64,000 bases of DNA from Macrostomum hystrix. Lineage: Eukaryota; Animalia; Platyhelminthes. Below the pieces are notes generated by a model, which saw only the letters and a program-made list of their open reading frames with translations, was not told where the DNA came from and ran no database searches. This document shows, piece after piece, positions 60,352-64,000 of the stretch; within the stretch, counting starts at the first letter, position 1, and each line of letters begins with the position of its first letter. Location of the stretch: positions 4,278,001 to 4,342,000 of the forward strand of contig CATNEN010000007.1 of assembly GCA_950097015.1 (NCBI GenBank), in the 5' to 3' direction. The position numbers and the translations under genes were made by a program.

Positions 60352-61944
60352 GTTTGAGAATAGATCTTAGAATTTCACACTTCAAACTTAGTTTCTGAGC
60401 AGTAATTGAGCACCTCAAGTAGTGATTAGCACACACTTTAATTTGTTACCGAATGCATTTTGCTGTACTCTGAGCCGGAGAGTAACACTTAGTACATAGT
60501 TTATTAATGATTCCTGTCAATACGATGTGATTTGCACTTTCTCTTCCAATATTGAGACCCCCAAACCAATACATAGCGACAGTTTGAGTTCATGTACTCA
60601 AATCCCTAGCATTTTTCCTCAAGCGAATTACTTTTTATTACTATTTTGTTTCGTCCTACCCAAAGCATGTGTGTCATATTTTACTCAATTTAGCAATCAA
60701 ATATCAAAAAGTACTCGTAGCTGCAGTAGATACGAGCGTATATTTCTTCAAATAGTTACTGTAGCAAAATATACTTTTTTACACACAAGATTTCTCTAGG
60801 CGATCACAGGCGCAATCAATACGAGGCGACTGACTTAAAGCTTTAAATGCCAAAACAGGGGAAAACTGACAAACATGCCAGAGTGACAGTAAACGGCGAG
60901 AGTAACTATGGCTCATCACTAAAAGCCAGTTGCCTCGTCATCTACTATTTCTACTCTTGTAAAGTGCTTCAATTGAAAACAGCAACCAGAAACGCAGAAG
61001 ACGTTTACCGGCCGCAGGGGAATTTCTGCTACAAGGTTTGAAGGAAACAATGTCAGCCTAGCTCGTGTTTATTTTATGCCCAGCCTAGGGAGGCAATTAT
61101 AGATACCTCAGAATCACTACGAACTGCTACAGTAGTAAAATAAGCATAGCATTTTTACAACACAAGAAACAGACTACTGATAAGTAGTAGCGAGGCAGCC
61201 GACAGCAAACTGGCGTAAAACAAATGTCTCAGGTTAAACAAGCGGAAGATTAGCTCTGTAACATTTGCTCCTTATTCACTGCCTAAACTAGAATGCCTTG
61301 CTACAGACAGACAACAGCATCTAAGTAAATTAACTAAGGGAGCTAATCTCTGACTAATGTATCAGAAACAAATAACATCAAATTTTAAAAGGCTGGAACT
61401 GAAGAGAATATGAATATGCTCATTATTCTACTGACACACTGTCAGTAGTGCAGTTTGCTCATTGGTGTGCAAAGCGCACAGTCATCTGTAAAGAAAAATC
61501 AAGAACAAAACTTCTGAAAATTTGCAGGATTAGGAATTCGGAAATTGAAATTCTCCATATTATGCACTTTTTGGTGAAGAAAAAACAAAATAAGCACAAT
61601 GTGCGTCGAAAATCTCTACAAAGCAAATCAGGGAGCCACAGGCAAATCAACTGTTTGCAAATCAAAACTATGAGTATGTTAAGCGATTTAAGCAAGGGCG
61701 ACTAGAATGCACACAAAACTAACGAGGCGCGACTATGCCACCATTAATGGGAAACCTAGATCTTGCAGCACTACTGACTAGTACATTTTTCTGAGTAAGC
61801 AATCGAAATCAATCTGCCACTAAGCCTGTCTTGCCGCAGTTAAAAATTATCTTTTTAAGTTTTTTATAGTATTCTGAAAAGCAAGAAACCAGTAAAAATA
61901 GCCATGGAGTGGGCGATTGCTATGGGTGACAAGCGGAGTGAGAT

Positions 61945-62550
61945 TGGTTGTTGGTTGAGTGAGATGGGTGGTTGGCGGAGTGAGGTGGGTGATTTGTGGA
62001 GTGAGATGCGTGGTTGACGGAGTGAGGTGGGTGGTTGGAGGAGTGGATTGGGTGATTTGTGGAGTGAGGTGGGTGTTTGGTGAAATGAGGTGGGTGGTTG
62101 GCGGAGTGAGGTGGGTGATTTGTGGAGTGATGCGTGGTTGACGGAGTGAGGTAGGTGGTTGGAGGAGTGGGTTGGGTGATTTGTGGAGTGAGGTGGGTGT
62201 TTGGTGAAATGAGGTGGGTGGTTGGCGGAGTGAGGTGGGTGATTTGTGGAGTGATGCGTGGTTGACGGAGTGAGGTAGGTGGTTGGAGGAGTGGGTTGGG
62301 TGATTTGTGGAGTGAGGTGGGTGTTTGGTGAAATGAGGTGGGTGGTTGGTGGAGTGAGATGGCTGATTTGTGGAGTGGGATGCGTGGTTGACGGAGCGAG
62401 GTTGGTGGTTGGAGGAGTGAGGTGGGTGATTTGTGGAGTGAGGTGGGTGTTTGGTGGAATGAGGTGGGTGGTTGGTGGAGTGAGATGGGTGGTCGGCGGA
62501 GTCAGGTGCGTCGGGTGGATGTAATCGATAGTGGACTGAGGTGGGTGATG
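61945..62550. repeat. Degenerate GT-rich repeat (GGAGTGAGGTGGGTG core) with longer-period blocks
   Basis: Recurrent core visible. Confidence 0.85.
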
Positions 62551-63090
62551 CGAGGTCAATGAAGAGTAATCTACAGTTGAGAGCTGGCAGTTCTCTTTTT
62601 GAATTTTTCACGAATTCAAAGAGGAAAGAAGGCAAGCTAATAGTGGGGAAGACGCCGGAGCCCAAAAAGCAAGAAAAAGATGAGCAAAAAACTAGTTTTG
62701 CAGTGCAGTCAAGTGAGCGGCAAGTCAGAGTCAATTTTTCTAATTCAATAACTCTTCAAAGAGTCAGGAATTGCAAAGCAGATTCGCACAACAAGCTAAT
62801 AGCTTCGCAAAAATCGTCGGATATAATAAAGCCGCATGACATATCAGCAAAACACAATTCTGGAAATCCTAGCTGTCCGGCTGACTGGCTGCGTGGCGCT
62901 CGTCCGGGGTGGCGATGGGGGAGGCGGTTCCAGCCGCCAGGCAGGAGAACACACACAGAACAGTGTAGCAAATCTGGTCCGCCTGCGGGTGGGAAGGAAT
63001 CCGAGCCCATGAACTATGATTGAAATATGCCTATAGACACAAAAACTGTGCTCGCACATTGCGCTCGATGGATGGCAATCTCTTTCTATG

Positions 63091-64000
63091 GGATTGCAGC
63101 TGAGAATGTCTGTGGGATTGCAGTTGAGAATGTCTGTGGGATTGCAGTTGAGAATGTCTGTGGGATTGCAGCTGAGAATGTCTGTGGGATTGCAGTTGAG
63201 AATGTCTGTGGGATTGCAGCTGAGAATGTCTGTGGGATTGCAGTTGAGAATGACTGCGGGATTGCAGTTGAGAATGTCTGTGGGATTGCAGCTGAGAATG
63301 TCTGTGGGATTGCAGTTGAGAATGTCTGTGGGATTGCAGCTGAGAATTTCTGTGGGATTGCAGCTGAAAATGTCTGTGGGATTGCAGTTGAGAATGTCTG
63401 TGGGATTGCAGTTGAGAATGTCTATGGGATTGCAGTTGAGAATGTCTGTGGGATTGCAGTTGAGAATGTCTGTGGGATTGCAGCAGAGAATGTCTGTGGG
63501 ATTGCAGCTGAGAATGTCTGTGGGATTGCAGTTGAGAATGTCTGTGGGATTGCAGTTGAGAATGTCTGTGGGATTGCAGTTGAGAATGTCTGTGGGATTG
63601 CAGTTGAGAATGTCTGTGGGATTGCAGTTGAGAATGTCTGTGGGATTGTAGCTGAGAATGACTGTGGGATTGCAGTTGAGAATGTCTGTGGGATTGCAGT
63701 TGAGAATGTCTGTGGGATTGCAGTTGAGAATGTCTGTGGGATTGCAGTTGAGAATGTCTGTGGGATTGCAGTTGAGAATGTCTGTGGGATTGCAGTTGAG
63801 AATGTCTGTGGGATTGCAGCTGAGAATGTCTGTGGGATTGCAGTTGAGAATGTCTGTGGGATTGCAGCTGAGAATGTCTGTGGGATTGCAGTTGAGAATG
63901 ACTGCGGGATTGCAGTTGAGAATGTCTGTGGGATTGCAGCTGAGAATGTCTGTGGGATTGCAGTTGAGAATGTCTGTGGGATTGCAGCTGAGAATTTCTG
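63091..64000. repeat. 24-bp minisatellite (GGGATTGCAGYTGAGAATGTCTGT)n running off the right edge
   Basis: Near-perfect tandem array. Confidence 0.97.

Noticed and set aside
62541-63023. 160-aa non-repetitive ORF (MGDARSMKSN...)
   Set aside because: No recognisable motif, starts at the edge of a GT-rich repeat, and has no supporting splice structure; left unannotated.
63088-63651. MSVGLQLR-repeat ORF
   Set aside because: Translation of the 24-bp satellite.

Overview
Eukaryotic (animal) genomic DNA, not prokaryotic. It has spliceosomal introns, GC-rich exons with poly-Gly/Ala/Gln runs, and introns and spacers packed with about 40 separate minisatellite arrays. The style suggests a free-living flatworm such as Macrostomum (inference, not shown by the sequence). 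Eight protein-coding genes are supported: (1) the 5' part of a COUP-TF/seven-up (NR2F) nuclear receptor (-, continues off the left edge); (2) an intronless CUB-like type I membrane protein with a PPxY motif (+); (3) an intronless SLC26/STAS anion transporter with a divergent anion pocket (+); (4) a multi-exon SLC22 transporter (-); (5-7) a tight minus-strand trio TMEM42 -> DTWD1 -> KIAA0930; (8) a six-exon alpha-carbonic anhydrase (+). Nearly all other long ORFs in the track are artefacts of tandem repeats. Main finding: TMEM42 and DTWD1 have no in-frame ATG but begin at in-frame splice acceptors, and both intergenic gaps in the trio carry AATAAA upstream of the next gene's acceptor. This fits a spliced-leader trans-spliced operon in which the AUG ending the flatworm leader supplies the start codon. 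Also noted: a GC-AG intron in DTWD1, a tRNA-derived SINE-like family (4 copies), and two inverted arrays of one 37-bp satellite bracketing the SLC22 gene.
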